A stretch of 64,000 nt of DNA from Eubacteriales bacterium. Lineage in GTDB: Bacteria; Bacillota; Clostridia; Oscillospirales; CAG-272. The notes beneath the pieces were generated by a model that saw only the letters and a program-made list of their open reading frames with translations, searched no databases and had not been told where the DNA came from. Where the stretch lies: assembly GCA_045543615.1 (NCBI GenBank), contig JAZPXL010000020.1:14107-78106 (forward strand). Reading direction: 5' to 3'. This document shows, one piece after another, positions 49,303-58,091 of the stretch; within the stretch, counting starts at the first letter, position 1, and every line of letters begins with the position of its first letter. The position numbers and the translations under genes were made by a program.

Positions 49303-51156
49303 TTATTTACTTGCAAGTGAGCCGTATTCAGAGAGGATGTTTTCGGTGAAGACGTAAATCATAAAACCGTTTACATCGTCATAGTGTCTGCTGTAACAGC
49401 TTTCCATCCATTCTGCCCATTTGGGTGATTTGCTTGCTGTTGAGTATTCTGCAAGTGAGAGGATGACGAAATATTCGTCAACACCCTCCTGGTCATCATA
49501 CCAGCGTGTGCTTGATTGATAATGATATGCAGAGATACCCTCGCCTGCTTTGACGTTGATATTGCGAACACGGACGGCTGAGTCGGAGAGGACGGTTATT
49601 GCCTGTGCATACCAGAAGGTTGCGTATCCGTATTCAAGTCCGTTGTCAACCAAAAACTGTGCAAGAAGATGATTTGCGTTGTCTCTGCCGTAGTCCTCGG
49701 GAATGTCACGGACTTCCTTTGCAAAAATAAGTGAGCCTGCGATAACAACTGCTAAAATGAGTGCGCAGATGCGGGAGAGAACAACTGCTCCACCGTCAAG
49801 CACAACCTCGCCTGAGTTGTCCGTCCCTGTATTTGTGGGTACTGTTGTTTCAACGCCCTCGCTGTTTTGCTCGATCTCAATAAGCTCGTCACGACTCTTT
49901 TCCTCTGCCACCGGAGCTTTTTTCTTTCCAATAAGATTTAGCGAGGTGACAAGCTCACGCAGTCCCACAACAGTTAGAAATGCTCCGCTTCCAAGGATGG
50001 GCGTAAGTCTCCAGTTTGCTGCCGAGAGCTTACCACAGATATAGCCGAACATAATTACTGCGCAAACGATTATGTGCGCCCAAAGGATGATCCTAACCTC
50101 TTTTGAACGGAGTTTTTTGTAGCAGGCGAGCATTACAATGGGTGTGGCAAGGATGATAAGGCCGATTCCTATGCGAATTACCGCCTTGATGGTATCCTCG
50201 ATCATATCACCGAAAAGAGGCTTGCCTGCGGTGATGTTGACGCCAAGAAGTGTGAGATAATGGGTAAAGAATTTTTCCGAATTTGGAAGCCAGGAGGAAA
50301 GGTCTGACCAGGTTGAATAGCCATTTGCATAGCCTGCCTGAATTGTTCCACCCGTCATAGCACCAAGCACCTTGAGTCCAACGAGAGTGCCGATGCAAAC
50401 CAAAAGTACGGTTACAATTGACGAAAAAGATTTGCGTGTAATAAGTCCGTCACGTCCCTCAAACACACGCTCGCAGAAGAATGCGCCGGCTACGGGGAGG
50501 GTCGTCAGCACGATTATTTGCAGACCGTTGGTTGCACTTCCTGCCGCAAGTGCGGCAAACAGAAGTCCCCAGATGATTATTTGGATACGCTTTCCCTTGT
50601 CTACGCTATCAGCAAATTTGAACGCCAAGGCGAGCAGGAAGAACATAAGCGCAAGTCCGAGGCTGTAATAAATCGTGTGTCCCCACATCATCTCCCTCAG
50701 CTTGTCCGATGCCGAGAGGACGGAGAAGAGAACGAACACGCTCACAGAGCTGTACAGATGCGACATTTTTGCACTGCGTGCGCAGGTGTAGATCGAGAGC
50801 GCGAAGAGGATGGCAAATATAGTCATACCGATATTGTGAGCCGTCATTGTGACACCGAATATCGAGATGAGTGGTATCATAATCGCTACGGTCGAGAACG
50901 GAAGCAGGGCGGCGTATTTGAAGGTTTCGTCAAATATTCCGTTGCCCTCAAGCGCAGCATTTGCCCAGAATAGAGTGTCTGTGCAGTCTGAGTGGAAATA
51001 TCCCTCACCGGGGCCGTAAATATAGTAACAGGCAAGGAGTATTGCGAGAATGGCAGGAATGGAACCGAGGACGTAATACGCCGTCTTGGCTATTATCTTT
51101 TTGATATTCTCTTGTCTGTCAAGAGTGGAAATATCTGTGCGTTCTTTAGCTTTCAT
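49303..51156 (-). CDS. Polytopic membrane protein, possible GT-C-type glycosyltransferase
   Basis: Many TM segments; acidic first loop FHSDCTD; C-terminal soluble domain GYATFWYA. Confidence 0.55.
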   Translation of the reverse strand: MKAKERTDISTLDRQENIKKIIAKTAYYVLGSIPAILAILLACYYIYGPGEGYFHSDCTDTLFWANAALEGNGIFDETFKYAALLPFSTVAIMIPLISIFGVTMTAHNIGMTIFAILFALSIYTCARSAKMSHLYSSVSVFVLFSVLSASDKLREMMWGHTIYYSLGLALMFFLLALAFKFADSVDKGKRIQIIIWGLLFAALAAGSATNGLQIIVLTTLPVAGAFFCERVFEGRDGLITRKSFSSIVTVLLVCIGTLVGLKVLGAMTGGTIQAGYANGYSTWSDLSSWLPNSEKFFTHYLTLLGVNITAGKPLFGDMIEDTIKAVIRIGIGLIILATPIVMLACYKKLRSKEVRIILWAHIIVCAVIMFGYICGKLSAANWRLTPILGSGAFLTVVGLRELVTSLNLIGKKKAPVAEEKSRDELIEIEQNSEGVETTVPTNTGTDNSGEVVLDGGAVVLSRICALILAVVIAGSLIFAKEVRDIPEDYGRDNANHLLAQFLVDNGLEYGYATFWYAQAITVLSDSAVRVRNINVKAGEGISAYHYQSSTRWYDDQEGVDEYFVILSLAEYSTASKSPKWAEWMESCYSRHYDDVNGFMIYVFTENILSEYGSLASK

Positions 51157-51191
51157 AATATTACCTTTTTTATGGATTTTGGCTGAGACCG

Positions 51192-52739
51192 TTATTTCTT
51201 TTCCTCGTGGTATTCCTTTTCGGTATTTACGTTCCAGACATTGTCCTTGCTTCTTGAGCCGGTACTGATGGAACGAACAGCCTCAACTGCTGTAAGCATA
51301 GAGTGGTCCATATTGTTGTAACGATGCTGACCGTTTCGTCCGATACACCAGAGGTTGTCGATGCCGCTGAGATAATCCTTGACAACATCAAACTCTGCGT
51401 AGGTGTCAAAGTATGCAGGGTACGCCTTCTTTACACGAATACGTGTGGCGTCCTTGACATCCTCAGGATCGAGCACATCAATCTTTGCAAGCTCACCGAT
51501 GGCAAACGAGATGAAGTCCTCGTCGCTCATCTCCCAAAGCTCGTCACCCTCGTTGCAGAAATATTCAAGACCGATCCAAACTGTGTTTTCGGGATCTTTA
51601 ACCATATATGGAGACCAGTTGTTAAAAATCTGGAGACGACCAATGCGAACATCACGCTCCTGGATGTAGATCCAACAGTCAGGCACGTTGCCTGTAAGAG
51701 TCTTGATCTTTGTCTTGTTCTCGAGAAGAAGCTTGTCAACGAGAAGTCCGACTGTGATAAAGTCACGGTAGGGAAGTCCCTCTGCAACACGGTGAACCTC
51801 AGCCGGTGCGTTATCCTTCATACCTGCAACGAGATCACGAACGGGCATTGTTGAGAAGAACTCGTCTCCCTCAAACTGCCGTCCGTCAGCGCATACAACG
51901 CTCACTACACGGCCGTCAACAACGTTTATGTCCTTGACAGAGCAGTTCATAATAATCTCGCCACCCATAGCCTTGATGTCCTCGGCAAGTGCCTCCCAAA
52001 GCTGACCCGGACCGAACTTGGGATAATAATACTGCTCGATGAGGGATGTCTCAACCTTGTCTTTTGAACGGAAGGGCTTGGAGATGAAGTTCCATACAGC
52101 CTTCATAAGCGAGAGTCCCTTTACACGCTGTGCGCCCCAATCTGCAGAGATCTGAGAGGGATGGCGTCCCCAAAGCTTTGTGGTGTAGTCCTCAAAGAAC
52201 ATTTCGTAGAGAGGTCTGCCGAAACGATTGATATAGAAGTTTTCAAGAGAATCCTCTTTCTTCTTGACAATTGCACTGCCAATATAGCCAAAGCCTGCCT
52301 TCATTGTGCGCACAAAGCCCATATTGATAAAGGTCTCGGGCTTGAGCGAGATGGGGTAGTCAAAGAATTTGCGCAAGAAGAAAATTCTTGAAATACGGTT
52401 GCGAAGAAGCATAACACGGTCTTCCTTCTCGGGATCAGGGCCTTCGGGCGCAAGATCCTTTTCGACGCCAAGAGTCTTGTCATCAATGGATGGCGCACTC
52501 TGCATAGGCATAAGCTCCTGCCAGAGAGCGTTGACCTCTTCGTTCTTTGAGAAGAAACGATGTCCACCGATATCCATTCGGTTGCCTTTGTAATGGGCAG
52601 TTCTGGAGATACCTCCGATAAATTCGCTTTCCTCAAGTATGATTGGGTGAATGTCAGTCTCCTTGAGAAGCTTGTAAGCGGCTGTAAGTCCTGCAGGGCC
52701 TGCGCCGATGATTATTGCAATTTTCTTTTCTGTTGCCAT
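51192..52739 (-). CDS. FAD-dependent oxidoreductase (HemY/UDP-galactopyranose-mutase-like fold)
   Basis: [32 protein letters not shown]. Confidence 0.85.
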   Translation of the reverse strand: MATEKKIAIIIGAGPAGLTAAYKLLKETDIHPIILEESEFIGGISRTAHYKGNRMDIGGHRFFSKNEEVNALWQELMPMQSAPSIDDKTLGVEKDLAPEGPDPEKEDRVMLLRNRISRIFFLRKFFDYPISLKPETFINMGFVRTMKAGFGYIGSAIVKKKEDSLENFYINRFGRPLYEMFFEDYTTKLWGRHPSQISADWGAQRVKGLSLMKAVWNFISKPFRSKDKVETSLIEQYYYPKFGPGQLWEALAEDIKAMGGEIIMNCSVKDINVVDGRVVSVVCADGRQFEGDEFFSTMPVRDLVAGMKDNAPAEVHRVAEGLPYRDFITVGLLVDKLLLENKTKIKTLTGNVPDCWIYIQERDVRIGRLQIFNNWSPYMVKDPENTVWIGLEYFCNEGDELWEMSDEDFISFAIGELAKIDVLDPEDVKDATRIRVKKAYPAYFDTYAEFDVVKDYLSGIDNLWCIGRNGQHRYNNMDHSMLTAVEAVRSISTGSRSKDNVWNVNTEKEYHEEKK

Positions 52740-52851
52740 TGTATTCTCCTGAAAATATTGTACTATTTATGCTTGCCTATAAAAATGTTCCTATATTAAT
52801 ATAGACGAAAAATTATTCGTTTTGTTTCACTAAAACGAAAAAAATCAAAAA

Positions 52852-53565
52852 TTATTCGAGAGGTTCAAGCCCCCACTCGTCAAGACGGTCGGGATAGATC
52901 CATATCTCGTCAACAGCACTCATTCCCTCGTCGGAATCCCTGTCGGGTACTAAGGTTGAGTAGAGGTAAATATCCGTGTCGGAAAAATAGCAGAAACGGA
53001 TGCACCGGTCAAGCACAAGCCGTCCCTTTTCGTTCCATTTATAATAGAACTTTTCGCTGCGAAGCTCGTAAATGGGAGGCTCACCGGGTGAGGTGGGCGT
53101 GTCAAAACGTTGATTTACTGACGAGGTGATAACACCCCTCGTTTCTCCAAAGGTAGGGGAGGTCAGGTCTGAGAGCTGATGCTGAAGCTTGTACTCGCCA
53201 TTTTCGTCTGAGAAATAAAAATAGTATCTCTCGGAGGAGGGGGTTCTGTCATACATAACAGCAATATCCTCAAACTCATCATCGTTGATGAAAGCGATGC
53301 TGACGCCGTAGTTGCAATTGTCTTTGCCCATCCACGGCTCGTCAAGTCGGTAATCGAGATCGATCTCTTGGAGAACAGCCCCACTCTCGATGTCAGTCAG
53401 AACCAAACGATCGACAGCGTAGGGCGTGCCGTAAAGAATGTATTCGCCTGCCAAGCTCTTGATCCTTGCAAGCTCACCACCACCCGAACAGGAGGGAATG
53501 GAGGAGAGAATAAGTAGGGTAAGAAGCGTTAGCGAAAAAATTTTTCGAAGAGTGCGAAGAGACAA
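52852..53565 (-). CDS. Hypothetical lipoprotein
   Basis: TTG start after AAAGGAGG; hydrophobic stretch ending IPSC. Confidence 0.65.
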   Translation of the reverse strand: MSLRTLRKIFSLTLLTLLILSSIPSCSGGGELARIKSLAGEYILYGTPYAVDRLVLTDIESGAVLQEIDLDYRLDEPWMGKDNCNYGVSIAFINDDEFEDIAVMYDRTPSSERYYFYFSDENGEYKLQHQLSDLTSPTFGETRGVITSSVNQRFDTPTSPGEPPIYELRSEKFYYKWNEKGRLVLDRCIRFCYFSDTDIYLYSTLVPDRDSDEGMSAVDEIWIYPDRLDEWGLEPLE

Positions 53566-53748
53566 AATGCAACCTCCTTTCGAGAAAAGGTAAATGAGCA
53601 TAGTTGTATAACTTATATTATACACTTAAAATGATAAAAAGTAAAGAGTTATTTTCGTCAATTTTCACTATTTATATATGATTGTTTGGGGTGGTTTTAG
53701 GGCAGAATAAAAAAATCAAAAAAAATTAAAAAAAGTTTGAAAAAAGGG

Positions 53749-53777
53749 TTGACAAACCAAGTTGCTTGTGGTATAAT
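53749..53777 (+). promoter_or_regulatory. Consensus sigma-A promoter of the tRNA operon
   Basis: TTGACA-17 nt-TATAAT with extended -10 TG and an A-rich upstream region. Confidence 0.9.
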
Positions 53778-53805
53778 AATGACCGTCGCCGATAAGGAGA
53801 CAGAT

Positions 53806-53881
53806 GGGAGCATAGCTCAGCTGGGAGAGCATCTGCCTTACAAGCAGAGGGTCATAGGTTCGAGCCCTATTGTTCCCACCA
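53806..53881 (+). tRNA. tRNA-Val(TAC)
   Basis: Cloverleaf; anticodon loop CT-TAC-AA; GTTCGA; encoded CCA. Confidence 0.97.
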
Positions 53882-53888
53882 ATTAAAT

Positions 53889-53965
53889 GGCCCGGTAGCT
53901 CAGTTGGTTAGAGCGCCAGCCTGTCACGCTGGAGGTCGTGGGTTCGAGCCCCATCCGGGTCGCCA
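53889..53965 (+). tRNA. tRNA-Asp(GTC)
   Basis: Anticodon loop CT-GTC-AC; CCA end. Confidence 0.97.
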
Positions 53966-53993
53966 TTTAATAAAAATACAGCCCTTGCTGTAT

Positions 53994-54069
53994 GCCTCTG
54001 TAGCTCAGTTGGTAGAGCAGGGGACTGAAAATCCCCGTGTCGTTGGTTCAATTCCGACCGGAGGCACCA
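53994..54069 (+). tRNA. tRNA-Phe(GAA)
   Basis: Anticodon loop CT-GAA-AA; CCA end. Confidence 0.97.
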
Positions 54070-54074
54070 TTTAT

Positions 54075-54150
54075 GCGGATTTAGCTCATTTGGTAGAGCG
54101 CAACCTTGCCAAGGTTGAGGTGGCGGGTTCGATCCCCGTAATCCGCTCCA
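54075..54150 (+). tRNA. tRNA-Gly(GCC)
   Basis: Anticodon loop TT-GCC-AA; CCA end. Confidence 0.97.
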
Positions 54151-54187
54151 AAAAACACGGGTACGAGATTCGTACCCGTTATTATTA

Positions 54188-54262
54188 GGCGCCATAGCCA
54201 AGCGGTAAGGCAGAAGTCTGCAAAACTTTTATTCCCCGGTCCGATTCCGGGTGGCGCCTCCA
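54188..54262 (+). tRNA. tRNA-Cys(GCA)
   Basis: Anticodon loop CT-GCA-AA; U73 discriminator; CCA end; atypical T-loop TCCGATT. Confidence 0.93.
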
Positions 54263-54299
54263 AAAAGAGCAGGACACCAAAAGGTGTCCTGCTCTTTTT
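54262..54299 (+). terminator. Terminator hairpin A, copy 1
   Basis: aaaaagagcaggacacc-aaaa-ggtgtcctgctcttttt. Confidence 0.85.
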
Positions 54300-54506
54300 G
54301 GACGTGCTACGCACGAACCGGACTGCGCTCGGCGTTTCAAGCAAAATCGGGCGCACTTCTCTTTACTTTTTCATCTGACTGCATTGGGAATCACAATGTA
54401 GCCGAATCCGGTTCGCATTCGCCACTCGGAGATCGGCAAGCTCGCTTGCCAGGCGTAGAGTGTGCGAATATTCGCCACAGGCGAAATTCCGGGAACGTGG
54501 CGCAAA

Positions 54507-54558
54507 ACCTCTTGCAATCCCCCCCAATGTATGCTATAATAAAACCAGAAAGGTGGTG
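54507..54558 (+). promoter_or_regulatory. Cassette promoter/RBS block P1, copy 1
   Basis: TTGCAA-17-TATAAT with TG extension, C7 spacer, AGAAAGGTGGTG. Confidence 0.8.
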
Positions 54559-54563
54559 AGAAT

Positions 54564-54929
54564 ATGAACACCAAGAATGTTAGTAAAACCAAAATATCTT
54601 TTTCCAAAATATCTTTTTTAATATTGCTTCTCCATTTTGTGTATGCGGCATTATTTGCAATTTTTATGTTGATTGCAGGATTGCTGGAGGAACCTTGTAA
54701 CAGAGATGGAATTTACTTGGTGTTTTCGATAATTTCGATAGCCCTTCTTTGCTTTTTCCCATTTGCTGCAACCGGCATAAATAATGCAAGTATTGCTTTT
54801 CAAATTCTGGCATTGCTACAAAACGAATCTAAGGTCAAGAACATTGTTATGATGGCGATTGCAATATCGTATGAAATTGCTGTTATTATATTCTTTATTT
54901 GGTTTTGGCAGGGCGCTATGGGAGTATAG
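54564..54929 (+). CDS. Cassette gene 1: small 3-TM membrane protein
   Basis: 121 aa, three hydrophobic segments, own promoter and RBS. Confidence 0.75.
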   Translation: MNTKNVSKTKISFSKISFLILLLHFVYAALFAIFMLIAGLLEEPCNRDGIYLVFSIISIALLCFFPFAATGINNASIAFQILALLQNESKVKNIVMMAIAISYEIAVIIFFIWFWQGAMGV

Positions 54930-54930
54930 C

Positions 54931-54994
54931 GGCATCTTTTTTGTCAACACGTCTCCAAAAATTAAAGCGACCTTTCGAGGTCGCTTTAATTTTT
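54931..54994 (+). repeat. Junction motif J1 plus terminator B
   Basis: GGCATCTTTTTTGTCAACACGTCTCCA then aaaattaaagcgacct-ttcg-aggtcgctttaatttt. Confidence 0.8.
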
Positions 54995-55230
54995 ATCCAA
55001 GCCGACGAAGGAGGCTTGGTATGTAATCAACGCGCTTGCGCGTTGTATGTAATTGCGACGGAGTCGCGCAGTATGGCATCACGCGCAAGCGTGTATAAAT
55101 TCGTCGGCTTGATAACATACAACACTTCGTGTTGATTCCATACCGCAACAAGTTGCGGATTACATTCAAGGCTACGCCTTGATTTCATCCACGCCTTCGG
55201 CGTGATGTGCGCTTCGCGCAAACGAATTTT
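54995..55230. repeat. Multi-hairpin REP/BIME-like module Y
   Basis: Short palindromes joined by GTATGTAATC / GATTACATAC-like linkers in opposite orientations; outer stem 54998-55009 with 55100-55111. Confidence 0.75.
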
Positions 55231-55235
55231 TCCTG

Positions 55236-55287
55236 ACCTCTTGCGCTCCCCCCCAATGTATGCTATAATAAACTCAGAAAGGCGGTG
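55236..55287 (+). promoter_or_regulatory. Cassette promoter/RBS block P1, copy 2
   Basis: TTGCGC-17-TATAAT, near-identical to 54507-54558. Confidence 0.8.
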
Positions 55288-55292
55288 GAGAT

Positions 55293-55769
55293 ATGCTCAT
55301 AAAAAAACAAGATTGTACAATGGACATTGATATTAAGAAAACAAAAGAGTATTATCAAACACATTCACTTTGTGATTGTCCCTGCTGTCGAAATTATTAT
55401 GCTCAAGTAAAACAAAGGTTTCAATTAGTGGATGAGTTATTGTCTGAATTTGGGGTGTCTATCGAGTGCCCTGACGAGCTTGGAAGTGTAGAATGGAAAG
55501 ACGAAATTCTATACATTTTCGCTTCGTATACCGTGTGTGGAAAAATCTTGGAACTTGATAAATACGAAATTGATATAAATGATGGCGGGTTGTTTTTGAA
55601 AATTGTCATTGGTGATGACTATGTTCCAAACGAACAGAAAACGGATTATTTTGTTGTAACGATTTACAATATAATTTTGCCTTGGGTGTTAAATGAGCCC
55701 TTTCCTACATCCGTTCCTTACAAAAATAGCTTTTTCGATAAAATCAAGTCGTTGTTTTTAAAAAAATAA
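55293..55769 (+). CDS. Cassette gene 2: hypothetical protein with a CxCxxC motif
   Basis: 158 aa; LCDCPCCRNY. Confidence 0.75.
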   Translation: MLIKKQDCTMDIDIKKTKEYYQTHSLCDCPCCRNYYAQVKQRFQLVDELLSEFGVSIECPDELGSVEWKDEILYIFASYTVCGKILELDKYEIDINDGGLFLKIVIGDDYVPNEQKTDYFVVTIYNIILPWVLNEPFPTSVPYKNSFFDKIKSLFLKK

Positions 55770-55817
55770 TAGGCATCTTTTTGCACGTGCTACGCACATC
55801 TCGCTACGTGCTCTGTG

Positions 55818-55943
55818 CGCCAAAGGTGCAACTGCTTGAAAGTTGCGCATTCATGCCGTCGGGGACGCCGGTCCCTACATTTTTTCTTCAACGTATTGCG
55901 CCCCGCCAAAAGATATGCTATAATAAGACCAAGAAAGGCGGTG
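55818..55943 (+). repeat. Module Z plus promoter P2, copy 1 (contains a GTAG-type REP on the minus strand)
   Basis: Near-identical to 56709-56834; TTGCGC-17-TATAAT; AGAAAGGCGGTG. Confidence 0.85.
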
Positions 55944-55948
55944 GAGAT

Positions 55949-56599
55949 ATGTTTAAGAGAATTTTTGCACTATTCATTTCGCTATTCACATTGGCAACAT
56001 TTACAGGTTGTAATGATACAAACGTTGAGCCTTTGAGTGATGAAGAAAAAGCCGCGCTTGTAAGCAACAGCTTCTCTTCGGATACGTTTTTTAACGTCAA
56101 AGAGGGAGAAGACCTGACAAGCGAAGAGATAAGAGATGTTGTTTCAAATATCCCATCAGAAAAATATGAGTCTTATCCCGACATACACAACATTCCACTT
56201 TCTGCAACACTCTACAAGGACGGAGAATCTATATTATTGGAGAGAAACGATCCCAGACTTATCGGGATCATCAATTTCTTTAACAACTGTGTTTATCATT
56301 CTCAATGCGCTTACACACAAGGACTGCTGTCCTTGGATTATCTTGAGGAAAACGTTACTGGTTCTGACTTCAGACTTGAACTGAAATACACACCGTGTAG
56401 CAATACAGCCCCCATGGCGTACGGCAAATCTACTACAGGGTGCGACACGATTATTATAACAAATTCTTCCTCGGGCTTTACATTGATAGCTCACGAGATT
56501 CCCGGATATGATGGCCAGGAGGAGGCGTATCCTTACAGTGCTATAGGATTCGCTCCGTTGTATAATAGTTACCCGTGGCTTGAGTTGTTTGGCTTTTGA
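55949..56599 (+). CDS. Cassette gene 3: hypothetical lipoprotein
   Basis: Start MFKRIF after RBS; lipobox FTGC; 216 aa. Confidence 0.75.
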   Translation: MFKRIFALFISLFTLATFTGCNDTNVEPLSDEEKAALVSNSFSSDTFFNVKEGEDLTSEEIRDVVSNIPSEKYESYPDIHNIPLSATLYKDGESILLERNDPRLIGIINFFNNCVYHSQCAYTQGLLSLDYLEENVTGSDFRLELKYTPCSNTAPMAYGKSTTGCDTIIITNSSSGFTLIAHEIPGYDGQEEAYPYSAIGFAPLYNSYPWLELFGF

Positions 56600-56609
56600 T
56601 ATTGCGAAT

Positions 56610-56672
56610 GGCATCTTTTTTGTCAACTCACCTCAAAAAGAGCAGGACACCTTTTGGTGTCCTGCTCTTTTT
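56610..56672 (+). repeat. Junction motif J3 plus terminator A, copy 2
   Basis: GGCATCTTTTTTGTCAACTCACCTCA then aaaagagcaggacacc-tttt-ggtgtcctgctcttttt. Confidence 0.85.
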
Positions 56673-56708
56673 GGACGTGCTACTCACAAAGCGCAACCCG
56701 GCTCCGCA

Positions 56709-56834
56709 CGCCAAAGGTACAACTGCTTGAAAGTTGCGCATTTGGACCGTCGAGGACGCCGGTCCCTACATTTTTTCTTCAACGTATTGCGCCCCGCCAA
56801 AAGATATGCTATAATAAGACCAAGAAAGGCGGTG
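56709..56834 (+). repeat. Module Z plus promoter P2, copy 2
   Basis: Direct repeat of 55818-55943; minus-strand GTAG-GGACCG...CGGTCC at 56744-56769. Confidence 0.85.
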
Positions 56835-56836
56835 AT

Positions 56837-57367
56837 ATGATGAGCAGTTATAATGGAATATCTATATCTGAATATCGTTTGCCCATTATGTATATAATTT
56901 ACATTCTTCTTGCTGTTGCTCTTATTATTGCTGCATTATTTTTACTTTGTCAAATATTAAACAATCAAAATAAAAAAACGATTCAAAGAATAAAAGAATT
57001 ACGTAAAAAAGCCGTAACCGATGAGCAGGCTGCCAAGCAATTAGCAAAAATGGAACGAAAAATCAAGAGGCGACGAAAGAAAAACAGAGGCGATTTGATT
57101 TTTTACGTATTTCTTTTCGCTTTGGTAATTGGATTTGAGTTATTCATTGTTATTGGCGGCATAGCCCCCTTGGTAACCGATCATATTGTTAAAGACTATG
57201 TTGTATATACAGGAGAAATAAAAGTTTGCGATAACTTTAAGCGTCCTTATATTGAGCTTGAAGATGGGACAATTGTAAGAGGTGGTACAGAACTTACAGA
57301 AGAAGACACCTACGGAACGGTTGTATATGCCAAAAGAAGCAAAATAGCACTTGGTGGTGAAAAATAA
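56837..57367 (+). CDS. Cassette gene 4: 2-TM membrane protein with a basic loop
   Basis: Start after AAAGGCGGTG; two TM segments flanking a K/R-rich coil. Confidence 0.75.
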   Translation: MMSSYNGISISEYRLPIMYIIYILLAVALIIAALFLLCQILNNQNKKTIQRIKELRKKAVTDEQAAKQLAKMERKIKRRRKKNRGDLIFYVFLFALVIGFELFIVIGGIAPLVTDHIVKDYVVYTGEIKVCDNFKRPYIELEDGTIVRGGTELTEEDTYGTVVYAKRSKIALGGEK

Positions 57368-57370
57368 AGC

Positions 57371-57431
57371 GGCTTCTTTTTTGTCAACACGTCTCAAAAA
57401 AATCCTGAAAGCTCTGCTTTCAGGATTTTTT
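57371..57431 (+). repeat. Junction motif J4 plus terminator C
   Basis: GGCTTCTTTTTTGTCAACACGTCTCA then aaaaaatcctgaaagc-tct-gctttcaggatttttt. Confidence 0.8.
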
Positions 57432-57592
57432 CATTTGTGTCCGCAGGACACAACATCATTTGAGCGTCAGCTCAACATCATTCCGCCGTAGGCGGACACA
57501 AATGAACGAGGTTGCACTTCGTGCAAATGATGTGCTTCGCAATGATGTGATGCTTCGCATCAATGATGTTGCGCTTCGCGCAAACGAATTTT
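57430..57592. repeat. Multi-hairpin REP/BIME-like module Y'
   Basis: Hairpins joined by AACATCATT / AATGATGT linkers; outer stem 57430-57444 with 57492-57506; ends in the same 23-mer as module Y. Confidence 0.75.
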
Positions 57593-57604
57593 GCCCCTCA
57601 GGTC

Positions 57605-57651
57605 TTGAAAAACACCGAAAACTGTGCTATAATAAAACCAGAAAGGCGGTG
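57605..57651 (+). promoter_or_regulatory. Cassette promoter/RBS block P3
   Basis: TTGAAA-17-TATAAT then AAAACCAGAAAGGCGGTG. Confidence 0.8.
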
Positions 57652-57656
57652 GGATT

Positions 57657-58085
57657 ATGAAAAACAAAAAATTACTTTTCATTATACTCGGTGTTTTAGT
57701 AGTTTGCTTTGTTGGAGCTACTTTTTTCTTTGTATCTCAAGGAATTTTGGCCTCAAATAAGGAACAGAAATATGTTGACTTTTATCGGAACGAAGCAGAA
57801 GAATATATTAAAGCGAATTCTGAAATGTTAAACAAGTACGGAGATGATTTTTCCGTTGACTTTGACAACTCAGTTACATATTCCTTAAGCGAAGAGAGAG
57901 GATTTTTTGATAGATATATTGAGCTCTTTGCTCCCAAGGTCCCCGACACAATTGAGGAATTCACCGATGGAATAGATGCAATAAAATTCGGTTTTGAGAT
58001 CAAAAGAGACAAATACGAAATAATTTTTGAGAAAAATAGCGATGGAGAGCTTGTTGTTACAAATCTGTCGGAAAAAAACAAATAA
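57657..58085 (+). CDS. Cassette gene 5: secreted or membrane-anchored hypothetical protein
   Basis: 142 aa; basic N-terminus plus hydrophobic stretch. Confidence 0.75.
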   Translation: MKNKKLLFIILGVLVVCFVGATFFFVSQGILASNKEQKYVDFYRNEAEEYIKANSEMLNKYGDDFSVDFDNSVTYSLSEERGFFDRYIELFAPKVPDTIEEFTDGIDAIKFGFEIKRDKYEIIFEKNSDGELVVTNLSEKNK

Positions 58086-58091
58086 TATTTC

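Noticed and set aside
53904-54607. Short ORFs across the tRNAs and module X
   Set aside because: They overlap clear tRNA genes and hairpins and show no coding signature
55781-56836. Shared N-terminal peptide PKVQLLESCAF...KICYNKTKKGG in two ORFs
   Set aside because: Translation of the repeated non-coding leader (CYN is the TGCTATAAT box); real starts follow the RBS at 55949 and 56837
54995-57592. CRISPR array
   Set aside because: Repeated linkers are only 9-10 nt, the intervening parts are short self-complementary hairpins rather than unique 30-40 nt spacers, and no cas genes are present
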